From Gammaproteobacteria bacterium (GTDB lineage: Bacteria; Pseudomonadota; Gammaproteobacteria; CAJXQU01), in the NCBI GenBank assembly GCA_965238175.1, contig CBDEGZ010000003.1, forward strand, positions 640,001 to 704,000: a DNA stretch of 64,000 nucleotides. The letters are read 5' to 3'. The notes beneath the pieces are model-generated. The model was given only the letters and a program-made list of their open reading frames with translations. It did no database searches and was not told where the DNA came from. The translations under genes and the position numbers were made by a program. Positions 1 to 12,123 of the stretch are shown piece by piece; the first letter of the stretch is position 1; each line of letters starts with the position of its first letter.

Positions 1-387
1 TGTAACGATTAAATCGATTGGTATTCTAAACACTAGTTGACCTTGAAATTCCACCCCTCTATAGATCGGGATATAGACAACGTTGAATGATGTATTCTGT
101 CCATTTTTTACAAGTATCTCACCATTAGATAGAACCAACGTGTCATAGGGGGACTCGGATGGCCATGGAGGATCCGTAATGTTTGAATTTACAAATAGTT
201 TCACATGATCTGTATCTTCATCAGGCAAATAAATTGCTGAAGAACATGCACCCGAAAGTGATTCAATATTTTCCAGAAAATTTATATAGGGTTTTTTTGA
301 TAGAGGATTTTTATATAACTCGGACAAAAGATCATGCGCACTATCTATCAGAGAAATTAGTAGTTCACTATTATTTTTTAAAAACAT
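1..387 (-). CDS. Partial CDS running off the left edge; N-terminus of an unknown protein, possibly a GAF-like sensor domain
   Basis: ATG at 387, then 129 stop-free codons to position 1 (MFLKNNSELLISLIDSAH...SAIYLPD...VYIPIYRGVEFQGQLVF). Translated by hand; not in the ORF track. The GAF resemblance is weak. Confidence 0.6.
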   Translation of the reverse strand, partial: MFLKNNSELLISLIDSAHDLLSELYKNPLSKKPYINFLENIESLSGACSSAIYLPDEDTDHVKLFVNSNITDPPWPSESPYDTLVLSNGEILVKNGQNTSFNVVYIPIYRGVEFQGQLVFRIPIDLIVT

Positions 388-864
388 TTCACTTTTGTAT
401 ATATAGATGAATAATGCAAAAAGTATCAGAGTTGTAATTAAGAATAGAATGTTGCTTGAAACTAAAAGTGAACTTGCTTTCTCAGAAGTTATCCACCAAT
501 TAATTAAATTTAAAACAAAAACTAAAGTCAAACCAATTAATAACAGGTGTTTGTTTTCAAAACGAATAGTTAAGTGTTTTTTATGTGGCATAGAGTAAGC
601 TCATTGACAAACATCATGCTTAATATAAATACTTTTTAAATGATCTATTTTGAAATACATATAAACCGTAAATAGGTGATAGTGGTTATACATCTTAATC
701 CTAAAATAACCCTGTTTAAAACTAATATTCATCGACTACTACTTATTAAGTACTAACGAAAGGGGATTGTCTGAATTATGCTGATAAGAGAGGATCCTTT
801 ATGCAGTTGTAGTAGCTTTCCACCTTATGTAACACGAAGTTGAATAGGCTTCTTCACTATTTAC

Positions 865-899
865 CCCACTCTTTACCTATATTGAGTGGGGCCTTTTTT
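865..899 (+). terminator. Intrinsic terminator-like hairpin with no annotated upstream gene
   Basis: CCCCACTC...GAGTGGGG stem followed by CCTTTTTT. Confidence 0.55.
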
Positions 900-1235
900 A
901 GTATTTAATAACGCATGTTCAAATAATAGTTTTGCGATTTTTGAACGTGTACCCATAAAGTGGTACTCCTTCAAAGCGATTGATATTTAAGGCTAAATCG
1001 CTTCAAATTAGGATGTGGTAATTTACAATAAATGTATGGAGTGTTTGTTGTAATTTAACAACATATTTTATATTTGGTTAATAAAAATTAGAAAATATAC
1101 GTAGGAATATGGGTAGTACTTATCTAAACAATTAGTACTTGTCTAATTTTTGAAACCTTAACAAAACGATCATACAAAGCAAGTTTTTGATCCTTAAAAA
1201 ATTAAAGATATCCCGGCCTAGGAGGGAAAAGAGTT

Positions 1236-2084
1236 ATGAATAAAATATTAGCAATGGCGGCGGCATTACTACTTGTATCGTCATCGACAGTATCTGCGGA
1301 AGATGGTGGCCCATTTGACGCCAGTAATTTTTCAGCAACATTGACGTTCACTACGGATTATACATTCCGAGGTGTTACATTTTCAGGTACAGGTGATGCT
1401 GATGGTGAGCCAGCTTTACAGGGTAGTTTTGACTGGGGTTATGGTCCATGGTTTGCTGGTGCCTGGGCATCAAGCCAAGCACCACTTGATGGAGCACTAG
1501 ATCCAAATTTTGTGGCACCTGGAGGTGATGATGTTGCCAGTGGAACATTGGAAATCGATTATTACTTTGGTTGGTCAGATACCGTTGGAGGTATTGATCT
1601 GACCGTTTTTCCACTCTTCTATACCTATCCAGGCCAGGATCAGTTGGACGATTTCACATTTGAACTCTGGACAGCGGTAGGTTATGGCTTCGCCAACGCT
1701 CCGGGGGCTCCGTATCTCAATTTTGAATTCAATTGGTCACCGGAATTCTTTGATGGTGGTGATGATGCTTTCTACTACAGACTTTCGGCAGCTTTCACAT
1801 TAGCAAACGATTTTGGTATTGATTTTGGTTATGGTTATCAAGACGTAGGCGGAGATGGTAACGGAGATGTGTCAGTTGGTGGTACCGGTGATGGTAGTAG
1901 GTTCTTTTCTGATGATTACGGTCATTGGGATATTGGTGTGACCAAATCTTTTCTAGGGTTTGATTTTGATTTGCGTTACCACGATGCAGATGATGATGCT
2001 GATTTTACATTAGCTGACGATGGATTTGATTTTAAAATTGCGCATGACAGCGAAGTTGTTTTCTCTGTTTCACGTAGTTTCTAA
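1236..2084 (+). CDS. TorF-family (TIGR02001-like) putative outer-membrane porin
   Basis: Signal peptide; TDYTFRG, PALQGSFD, FAGAWAS and EIDYYFG motifs; terminal Phe (VSRSF); RBS GGAGGG. Confidence 0.85.
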   Translation: MNKILAMAAALLLVSSSTVSAEDGGPFDASNFSATLTFTTDYTFRGVTFSGTGDADGEPALQGSFDWGYGPWFAGAWASSQAPLDGALDPNFVAPGGDDVASGTLEIDYYFGWSDTVGGIDLTVFPLFYTYPGQDQLDDFTFELWTAVGYGFANAPGAPYLNFEFNWSPEFFDGGDDAFYYRLSAAFTLANDFGIDFGYGYQDVGGDGNGDVSVGGTGDGSRFFSDDYGHWDIGVTKSFLGFDFDLRYHDADDDADFTLADDGFDFKIAHDSEVVFSVSRSF

Positions 2085-2173
2085 ATTAAACGAAAGTTTA
2101 TATATTGCTTGACTAATCCCCTCTTACCGGAAAAGTCTGGACACATATATAGCGAGTTGATTTAGGGATAGGG

Positions 2174-2199
2174 TAGTGGCTCGAGAGGGCCACTATTTT
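2174..2199 (+). terminator. Intrinsic terminator downstream of the porin gene
   Basis: TAGTGGC-N-GCCACTA stem followed by TTTT. Confidence 0.55.
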
Positions 2200-2374
2200 A
2201 TTAGCTTCTTCATGTTTAAAACCCATTAATAATTTTCAATAGTTCTCTTCTTATCTAAACCTTCTAGGTGAATTAAAGGTTGTTTAAAAACACCTACTCC
2301 CTATTAGGTACACCTAATGTGAAATTGATCAGAAACACTTTTCGGATCACTCTTTAACATCTTTGAAACATTAA

Positions 2375-2532
2375 GGAAGCTCTGAACAAGTCATGATTGT
2401 TTTATGCTGGCTAAAACCATCCCAAACTTATCCAAAGATCGCTGTAATAGAACAACTATTACTGCTTACTTCGAAAAAGTTTGAAATAATTTTATCTCAG
2501 CCTAAATTCAACCAGACTTATTCAGAGATCCC
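2375..2532. mobile_element. MITE with IS5-like ends, flanked by TTAA
   Basis: TIR GGAAGCTCTGAACAAGTC / GACTTATTCAGAGATCCC; TTAA at 2371-2374 and 2533-2536; central GTAATAG-N5-CTATTAC hairpin. Confidence 0.75.
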
Positions 2533-2536
2533 TTAA

Positions 2537-2662
2537 GGGACCTCTGATGCGTCATGAACGGTCAACTTGAGTTCAAACTATTCAATCTCAGCATTACGAA
2601 ACTGAGCAATAGAACCACTATTGCATGCGTTTCGTGTTTTGCCCAGACACATCAGAAGTTCC
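2537..2662. mobile_element. Second related MITE abutting the first
   Basis: TIR GGGACCTCTGATG / CATCAGAAGTTCC; internal GCAATAG-N5-CTATTGC hairpin; shares the TTAA at 2533-2536. Confidence 0.65.
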
Positions 2663-2798
2663 TAAAACTAACTAGAAAATTATCGAGGTATTAATCAGTT
2701 GATTTATTGTGAACCTATCTCTCTTTATAGATCGTCGAAAGCCTTTCTGAGTTACGGATCAATCCAAATCATTAATCAACGTTATAAGAATAATATAG

Positions 2799-5006
<2,208 letters not shown>

Positions 5007-5119
5007 TTATTTCTTTCAAGCTACTGTTGGTAAATTTTGGTTTTGCCGACAGGGGTTTTCTATAAATAATATAAATAATATGAATTATTTGAATCAGTAA
5101 TCTTATTTATAAGGATAGC

Positions 5120-7273
5120 ATGATCAATCCAGCACATAATCCGGAGCAGGTGACCCGCACCTTGTTTCAAGAGTTTCCTACCTGGATGACAGTGTCATTT
5201 TATATCATTGGTTTTGCCGCCATAGGCATATTTATCTACGGCTGTTATATACAGATCCGTAAATACAAAAGAGGGCAAAGATCAGAATGGTCGATATCCT
5301 CTCTTTGGCCAAAACTCCAACAAATGGCCGCTACTGTTTTATCCCATAGAACATTAACTCGACGCGATAAGCCAGCAGGTCGTTCGCATGCACGAATATT
5401 TTACGGCTTTGCATTGTTGTTTATTGGTACATCTATAATCACACTGGAATACGATATTTTAGAACCCCTAACTGGGATCAAATTCTGGTATGGATCATTT
5501 TATCTTTGGTTCTCATTAATTCTTGATGTCGCGGGTGTTTTTCTGATCGCGGGTCTTCTATACATGATGTACCGACGTAAATGGATGGGATTACCAAAGC
5601 TGGATTATGCGCGACCTGATCGATCACTAGAAGATCCTGACTATGATCGTTCCTCGTATCATCGTGAGGACTGGGCATTCCTCTGGACCTTGATATTAAT
5701 AGGCCTCACCGGATTCTTATTAGAAGCCAGTCGCTTGATTTGGTTACAAGCTGATCCAACTGTTTGGGATTATCGCTGGTGGTCGCCGGTTGGAATGTTC
5801 ATCGCCTCGATTTTTTCTGGTTTTGGAATGTCACCAGAGAGTGCTGGTGAATTCCGAATGGGGTTATGGTGGTTTCACGGAATTATCTCTTTAACGTTTA
5901 TTGCCTTAGTCCCTTTCAGCAAGGCCAAGCATATTTTTACAGCAATGGGATCACTAACATTAAAAGATCCTCTTGCGGTGCAACATCTTCCTGCAGCAGA
6001 TATGGACAAGGATAAAATTGGCTATTCTGTGTTGACAGATTTTACTTCAAAGCATTTATTACAACTTGATGCCTGTACTAAATGTGGACGCTGTCATGAA
6101 GCCTGTCCTGCTAACGCGACAGAGTATCCGCTCTCTCCGCGCGATCTGGTTTTGTCCTTGAGAGAACAATCAAACCAGTGCTTGTCTTCAGGCACTATGC
6201 CAAGTTTGGTTGAGTTAGCTGTCAGCGGTGAAGGTATAAATAAGATCTTGCCGGAAACATTATGGTCGTGTCGTACTTGTGCTGCTTGTGTAGAAATTTG
6301 TCCGGTCGGTATTGAGCATGTTCCGATGATTGTCGAGATGCGTCGCGCCCTGATCGAAGAAGGGGAGATGGAACCGCAGTTACAAAAAACACTGCAATCG
6401 ATTCATAAAGCAGGCAATTCTTTTGGAGACAATAAACGTAAGCGTCCGGCCTGGACTAAGAAGCTCAATTTCAAGATTAAAAATGCCACAAAGGAACCTG
6501 TCGATGTTCTCTGGTTTGTTGGTGATTACGCTTCTTTTGATCCACGTTATCAAAAAGTCTCACAGGATTTTGCCAACATTTTGAATGAGGTAGGACTTAA
6601 CTTTGGGATCCTTTATGAAAAAGAAATGACGGCTGGCAATGATGTACGTCGAGTTGGTGAAGAAGGCCTTTATCAACATGTTGCTGAATTAAATATTGCC
6701 ACACTTGAAGTTTGTGATTTCAAAAGCATCGTTACGACTGATCCACATTCTTATAACACGATCAAAAATGAATACCCGGAATTTGGGGGTGAGTACGATA
6801 TCGAGCATGCCAGTGCAATGATCCAACGCTTGCTCGATTCTTGTGAAATTAAATTGGCCAGAAGGTTAGATCTAAAAGTGACTTATCACGACCCTTGTAA
6901 CTTAGGGCGGTATAACAAAGGTTATAACCCACCACGTGAAGCGATAAAGTCTCTGGGTGCGAATTTGATCGAGATGGAGCGTTCACAAGATAACGCTTTT
7001 TGTTGCGGAGCCGGTGGTGGGCGGATCTGGCACCCTGATCCGATCGGAAAAGAAAAACCATCGGAAAACAGAGTCAAAGAAGCTGGTCAGATCGAAGATC
7101 TCGACGTTTTGGTAGTTAACTGTCCCAAATGTATGACGATGATGGAAGATGCGGTGAAGTCGACTGGACATGATAAAGATTTTGTCGTTCGAGAATTGAC
7201 CGAGCTGGTGGCTGAATGCATGGATTTTGATCAAGAAGATGCAGATCAAGAAAGCGAGTCAGTAACTTCTTAA
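5120..7273 (+). CDS. Membrane-bound Fe-S oxidoreductase (NarI-like heme-b domain + 2x[4Fe-4S] + CCG domains; FadF/HdrD/EMO-like); probable ETF:quinone oxidoreductase
   Basis: About 5-6 TM helices with His ligands (SHARIFYG, WWFHG, KAKHIF); CTKCGRCHEACP; CRTCAACVEICP; YHDPC; CCGAGGG; NCPKC. Confidence 0.85.
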   Translation: MINPAHNPEQVTRTLFQEFPTWMTVSFYIIGFAAIGIFIYGCYIQIRKYKRGQRSEWSISSLWPKLQQMAATVLSHRTLTRRDKPAGRSHARIFYGFALLFIGTSIITLEYDILEPLTGIKFWYGSFYLWFSLILDVAGVFLIAGLLYMMYRRKWMGLPKLDYARPDRSLEDPDYDRSSYHREDWAFLWTLILIGLTGFLLEASRLIWLQADPTVWDYRWWSPVGMFIASIFSGFGMSPESAGEFRMGLWWFHGIISLTFIALVPFSKAKHIFTAMGSLTLKDPLAVQHLPAADMDKDKIGYSVLTDFTSKHLLQLDACTKCGRCHEACPANATEYPLSPRDLVLSLREQSNQCLSSGTMPSLVELAVSGEGINKILPETLWSCRTCAACVEICPVGIEHVPMIVEMRRALIEEGEMEPQLQKTLQSIHKAGNSFGDNKRKRPAWTKKLNFKIKNATKEPVDVLWFVGDYASFDPRYQKVSQDFANILNEVGLNFGILYEKEMTAGNDVRRVGEEGLYQHVAELNIATLEVCDFKSIVTTDPHSYNTIKNEYPEFGGEYDIEHASAMIQRLLDSCEIKLARRLDLKVTYHDPCNLGRYNKGYNPPREAIKSLGANLIEMERSQDNAFCCGAGGGRIWHPDPIGKEKPSENRVKEAGQIEDLDVLVVNCPKCMTMMEDAVKSTGHDKDFVVRELTELVAECMDFDQEDADQESESVTS

Positions 7274-7320
7274 GCTAAAAGAGAAATGAATATATTAAAA
7301 CGATCCGCATATTTCATACT

Positions 7321-8778
7321 GTGATCACAGAAACATTAACAGAATTTATACCAACAACTTTACCAAAAACTTTAGATGAACTGACTGAATGGATACTCGA
7401 ACAAAAAGATGTATACGCCGCGTTAGCAGCACATCCATTTGTGAATCCAGGTTCACAATTACAATTGGAAAAGTTGATGTTTAATAATAAACGAACAAAG
7501 TTGGCTTTTGCTTCATCACATTACACACCTGTTAGTGTTCTGAATCGACTTGTTCAAGATCAAAAAGACGATTCATATAACCAACAATTACTTCTAAGGA
7601 TAGTTAAGCATTCAAATACTTCGGCAGAGGCAATAAAAAGAATTTATCAAAAGAAGAATTCAGAAATAATTAACTTATTAATTGCTGTACATAAAAATAC
7701 ACCTAGCTCTATTTTGCAAGAGCTCGACTGGAAAAATTCAGACAAGATCAGACAGGCCTTATGTGCTAACCCAAATACACCTATTGAATTGATTAAAAAG
7801 ATATTTCCCGTAAGTAGTAACAAAGAAAAGAAAAAGTTGATAAAAAATCCACAACTGGATGAATCAATTTTGAATGCTGTTTGGGATGAGGGTGATAAAT
7901 ATCTGCAGGCTGAAGTGGCCGCACATAAAAACTGCCCACCAAAATTGATCGACCAAGCAGTTAATAGCCCTTATGCGATCGTAAGAAAAAGGCTCGCTTC
8001 AAATAACTCTATTAATGATGCTATTCGACATCAATTGTTACAGGATGATGAGTCACAAGTACGTGCGGCATTGGTTAAAAATCAGCAAGTAACTTGTGAG
8101 TCTTTCAGTGAAGATGAATTTCTTGAACTTTGTGAAGATCCTTCAAAACAGGTACGTCGTAATCAAGCGCAGCGATCAGAAATTGATTCCACTGTGATAG
8201 TGCGACTTGCTAAAGATAAGGATGTCTGGGTGAGACGTTGGTTAGCAAGAAATATAAAAATGCCAGAAGTAATTTTGAGAGGACTAGCAGAAGATGAAGA
8301 TGAAAATGTAAGGCGATCGGTTTCGAGGAACCCATCGTGCCCAGAAAATTTATTAATAAAGTTAACAAAAGATGATTCATCTTGGGTAAGAGCAGGAGTG
8401 GCGTTGCGATCAGATATACCGCAAGAGTACTTACTCAAATTATCGAAGGGAAATGATGTAGATGTGATTTCAGCAGTAGGATCAAATGAGTCTACGCCAG
8501 TCGAAATTCTTGATGAAATTATCAACAGCAACAATCGTGATATTCGTCGTTCTGTAATTATTAATAAGCAAGTTACAGGAAAGACATTAGAGAAACTTCA
8601 GGATGATCCTTATCCATTAAACAGAATTATTCTCGCAAGTCGAAAGCAGTGTAAGTCGAAGACAAGATGGCGGTTGGCCAATGACCCAGATCCAGAAGTG
8701 AGATTTAGTGCGATCAGTATGTACAGCAAAAATCTACGTGACATGGAGCAAGAGAAAATACGGGGTAGTAAAAGATGA
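7321..8778 (+). CDS. LRV/HEAT-like alpha-solenoid repeat protein
   Basis: Many ~24-26 aa repeats of the type L..LA.D.D..VR..VA.N...P; its stop overlaps the etfB start (ATGA). Confidence 0.75.
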   Translation: MITETLTEFIPTTLPKTLDELTEWILEQKDVYAALAAHPFVNPGSQLQLEKLMFNNKRTKLAFASSHYTPVSVLNRLVQDQKDDSYNQQLLLRIVKHSNTSAEAIKRIYQKKNSEIINLLIAVHKNTPSSILQELDWKNSDKIRQALCANPNTPIELIKKIFPVSSNKEKKKLIKNPQLDESILNAVWDEGDKYLQAEVAAHKNCPPKLIDQAVNSPYAIVRKRLASNNSINDAIRHQLLQDDESQVRAALVKNQQVTCESFSEDEFLELCEDPSKQVRRNQAQRSEIDSTVIVRLAKDKDVWVRRWLARNIKMPEVILRGLAEDEDENVRRSVSRNPSCPENLLIKLTKDDSSWVRAGVALRSDIPQEYLLKLSKGNDVDVISAVGSNESTPVEILDEIINSNNRDIRRSVIINKQVTGKTLEKLQDDPYPLNRIILASRKQCKSKTRWRLANDPDPEVRFSAISMYSKNLRDMEQEKIRGSKR

Positions 8779-9569
8779 AAATACTAGTAGCAATAAAACA
8801 GGTCGCATCGCTTGATGATGAGTTCGAGTTGAGTGATGACGGTAAAGATGTTGATCACGATTATTGTGATTACGAAATAAATGAGTGGGATGACTATTCG
8901 CTTGAAGAAGCCTTGTTGATCAAAGAACGCTATGAAGGTGATTGCGAAGTTGTTGTTGTTACTGTTGGTGAGGAGCGTGCAGAGGATGAACTGCGTAAAT
9001 GTCTTGCCAAAGGTGCTGATCGCGGAATTAGGGTTTGGGATGATGCGATAAAAGGATCTGATCAAGTCGCTATTGGGAGAATTCTTGCGAAGGTTGCTGA
9101 ACAAGAACAACCGACAATGGTTTTTCTTGGAGTTCAAGCGTCTGATCATGCCTTTGCTCAGACAGGAATAACAGTAGCCGCTATGCTTGGCTGGCCTCAT
9201 ACCGCTGTTGTTACGAATCTCGAATACAATCTTGGTGATGACACAGCAACGTTACGACGCGAATTAGAAGGAGGGTTAGAAGAAGTTATTTCTATTGATT
9301 GTCCTGCCGTGCTCAGTATTCATCTTGGTATTAATGAACCACGCTATGCGTCTTTACGTGGTATCAAGCAAGCTGCCGCAAAACCTGTTGATGACATGAG
9401 TCATAAGGATTATGGACTTGGAAATAATGATGTTGGTGAGCAAGGAAGTGTTTCTCGTATTAGAGAAATGTATATACCAGAGAGAGCAAGAGCAACATTA
9501 ATCGAGGGAACTGCAGCTGAACAGGCCGAACGCCTTGCAGACATAATAAAAGAACATACTGGAGTATGA
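8775..9569 (+). CDS. etfB: Electron transfer flavoprotein beta subunit, methylotroph (TMADH-partner) type
   Basis: MKILVAIKQ, NEWDDYSLEEA, KCLAKGADR, RELEGG, INEPRYASLRGIKQA. Confidence 0.93.
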   Translation: MKILVAIKQVASLDDEFELSDDGKDVDHDYCDYEINEWDDYSLEEALLIKERYEGDCEVVVVTVGEERAEDELRKCLAKGADRGIRVWDDAIKGSDQVAIGRILAKVAEQEQPTMVFLGVQASDHAFAQTGITVAAMLGWPHTAVVTNLEYNLGDDTATLRRELEGGLEEVISIDCPAVLSIHLGINEPRYASLRGIKQAAAKPVDDMSHKDYGLGNNDVGEQGSVSRIREMYIPERARATLIEGTAAEQAERLADIIKEHTGV

Positions 9570-10531
9570 GCATGAGTGAAATATTAATTATAGCCGAACA
9601 TCGGCAAGGCGAATTACGGCCGATGGTATTTGAATTGGTAGCGGTCGCTACGGATATAAAAAGAGATGGTGATAATATAGCCGTTGCTATTCTTGCAACT
9701 GAACCGCAAAAATATGTAGATGAATTAAGTGTTGAAGGAGTTGATGAGATTGTCACCATATCAGTGAGTTCTGAAGCCTTTCAACCGGATATTTATGAAA
9801 AAACAGTTCGTGTTCTGATTGAAGATCGTAAACCGTCCTTAGTATTGATCCCGCACAGTGTTGACGCGTGGGGTTATGCCCCAGCCCTGGGAGCAACAGG
9901 TGATTATGGTTTTGCAACGGATGTAATTAAGCTTCGTTACGAAGATGATGATCTTGTCGCCACTCGTGCGGCATACAAAGAAAAAGTTTATATGGATCTG
10001 GATTTTCCGAATAAGGAAACGGTTATTGTTACTGTCCGTGGTGGCACATTTAAGCCAATGGAAGGGTCAGCCTCTCCAGCGGTGACTATTTTTGCAGCAC
10101 CTGAAGTGAATGCGAGGTGCCAACATGTTAATTTTGTAGAGCCGGAAGACACTGGTGATGTGGATATTACACAGGCTGAATTTATGTTTTCTATTGGTAG
10201 AGGTATTGAAGAAGAAAGTAATGTTGAACAATTTGCAGAGTTGGCAGAAATGGTCGGTGCGACTTTGGGCTGCTCGAGACCCATTGCTGACAATGGTTGG
10301 TTACCCAAATCTCGACAGGTAGGACAGTCTGGAAAAACCGTATCAAGCTGTAAGCTTTATATTGCAAATGGCATTTCAGGCTCAGTGCAGCATATGGCGG
10401 GAATGAAACATGTGGAAGATATTGTTGCTATTAATACGGATCCTGAAGCATCTATTTTTACGGTTGCCAAGTATGGAATTGTTGCTGATATTTTTGATAT
10501 TGCAGAAGAATTACCTGTACATTTTGAATAA
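9566..10531 (+). CDS. etfA: Electron transfer flavoprotein alpha subunit
   Basis: SIGRG, GCSRP, RQVGQSGK, LYIANGISGSVQHMAGM, AINTDPEASIF FAD-binding motifs. Confidence 0.95.
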   Translation: MSMSEILIIAEHRQGELRPMVFELVAVATDIKRDGDNIAVAILATEPQKYVDELSVEGVDEIVTISVSSEAFQPDIYEKTVRVLIEDRKPSLVLIPHSVDAWGYAPALGATGDYGFATDVIKLRYEDDDLVATRAAYKEKVYMDLDFPNKETVIVTVRGGTFKPMEGSASPAVTIFAAPEVNARCQHVNFVEPEDTGDVDITQAEFMFSIGRGIEEESNVEQFAELAEMVGATLGCSRPIADNGWLPKSRQVGQSGKTVSSCKLYIANGISGSVQHMAGMKHVEDIVAINTDPEASIFTVAKYGIVADIFDIAEELPVHFE

Positions 10532-10553
10532 ATATTAAAAGAGAATAAAGATA

Positions 10554-11360
10554 ATGAATGCCGAGATAAAGACTAAGCCTGAACAGATTTCACAAATGAC
10601 CGATGTCCAGGCTGGGATCGATTTGAGAAGTCTTGAGATCCAGAGAGTTGGAATTAAAGATTTAACTTACCCTCTTATATTCGAGGATAAACAAGGCGTC
10701 CAACAAACCCGTGCAAATTGTAACCTCTATGTGAAATTAGCAGCGGATCAACGGGGTACGCATATGTCACGCTTTATTGATCTAATGAATCAACATTGTG
10801 ATGAGATGAGTATCGAAAAGTTTAATCTTTTACCTGAAGAAGTTGCAGATTTATTAGATGCCTCATCTAGTAGAGTTGAACTTAACTTTACTTTTTTCCG
10901 CTGGAAAGAAGCACCAATATCTGGGATCAATTCCGCAATGGATTATGATGTCACTCTAACAGGTGAATTTGATGGTGAAAAAAGCACAATAATAAAAGTT
11001 GCAGTGCCGGCTACTAGTTTATGTCCTTGTTCTAAAAAGATATCGGATTTTGGTGCGCATAATCAACGATCATTAATATCGATCACCGTAAAGGTTACTG
11101 AACCAATATGGATTGAAGATATTATCGAAATTGCAGAGCGTAATGCTTCGGCTGAAGTATTTGGATTAATAAAACGAGACGATGAGAAATATTTAACAGA
11201 ACATGCTTATAATAATCCAAAATTTGTAGAAGATATTGTTCGTGATGTTGCGCTTAACTTACAACAAGATAGTCGTATCTCTGGCTATATAGTGGAAACG
11301 GAAAACTTTGAATCGATCCATAATCATTCGGCATATGCGATGATTGACCAAATGAATTAG
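10554..11360 (+). CDS. folE2: GTP cyclohydrolase IB
   Basis: RGTHMSRF, TSLCPCSK, GAHNQRS, NPKFVED, NFESIHNHSA. Confidence 0.95.
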   Translation: MNAEIKTKPEQISQMTDVQAGIDLRSLEIQRVGIKDLTYPLIFEDKQGVQQTRANCNLYVKLAADQRGTHMSRFIDLMNQHCDEMSIEKFNLLPEEVADLLDASSSRVELNFTFFRWKEAPISGINSAMDYDVTLTGEFDGEKSTIIKVAVPATSLCPCSKKISDFGAHNQRSLISITVKVTEPIWIEDIIEIAERNASAEVFGLIKRDDEKYLTEHAYNNPKFVEDIVRDVALNLQQDSRISGYIVETENFESIHNHSAYAMIDQMN

Positions 11361-11415
11361 AGAAGGTGAATTAGAGAAGATGTAGTAGGCAAAGTTTAAG
11401 GATGAAACACGATTT

Positions 11416-12114
11416 ATGATTTCTACAATAACGATCGATCTTGATGACACGCTTTGGGATAATAAGCCAACGTTAGAATATGCCGAAAATGTTTTACATG
11501 ATTGGTTACAAATAAATGTTCCATTGCTGGCGGCTCAAAATTCAATTGAGGATATGAAACAACATCGTCAAGAAATCTCAAATGAAGATCAAAAATTAAG
11601 CCACGACATGACACTGTTACGTAGTGAATCATTATTGCGTTTATCTAAGGATTTAGGTTATTCAGAGGACATTATAAATGAGGCAATGGATGTTTTTTTG
11701 CAAGCCAGAAATAATGTAAAACTCTATGATGATGTATTATTGTTTCTTGAGGAAAGCCAAAAAAATTATCAACTCGTAGCATTAAGTAATGGTAATGCTG
11801 ATGTAAATGCAATTGGGATAGGGAAATATTTTTCTAGAACATTCTCGCCTGCAGATATGGGAACATCAAAACCTGATCCAGCAATGTTTTATTATGTATT
11901 TGATCAGATGAGTATCGAAGCAGATTCAGTATTACATATAGGAGATGAACCAAAAACAGATGTGCTCGGAGCTGCGGCTGCTGGAGTTCGTTGTATCTGG
12001 ATTAATCGGAATAATATGCGGTTGCCAGAAGAGATTTCACAGCCGGAAATGGAAATATCATCACTCGCTCAACTTACTCCTTTGAGTGAAGCGATTCGGG
12101 ATTTATGTAAATAG
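11416..12114 (+). CDS. HAD-family hydrolase, YigB-like (FMN / ribitylamino-uracil phosphate phosphatase type)
   Basis: DLDDTLWDN motif I, LSNGNAD, KPDPAMF, HIGDEP..DVLGA. Confidence 0.85.
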   Translation: MISTITIDLDDTLWDNKPTLEYAENVLHDWLQINVPLLAAQNSIEDMKQHRQEISNEDQKLSHDMTLLRSESLLRLSKDLGYSEDIINEAMDVFLQARNNVKLYDDVLLFLEESQKNYQLVALSNGNADVNAIGIGKYFSRTFSPADMGTSKPDPAMFYYVFDQMSIEADSVLHIGDEPKTDVLGAAAAGVRCIWINRNNMRLPEEISQPEMEISSLAQLTPLSEAIRDLCK

Positions 12115-12123
12115 GTGATAATT

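Noticed and set aside
183-598. Short + strand ORFs 183-410 and 407-598
   Set aside because: The first overlaps a better minus-strand frame; neither has motifs or a clear RBS
2325-2338. FNR box upstream of tmd (TTGAT-N4-AACAC)
   Set aside because: Only one half-site matches, in AT-rich DNA
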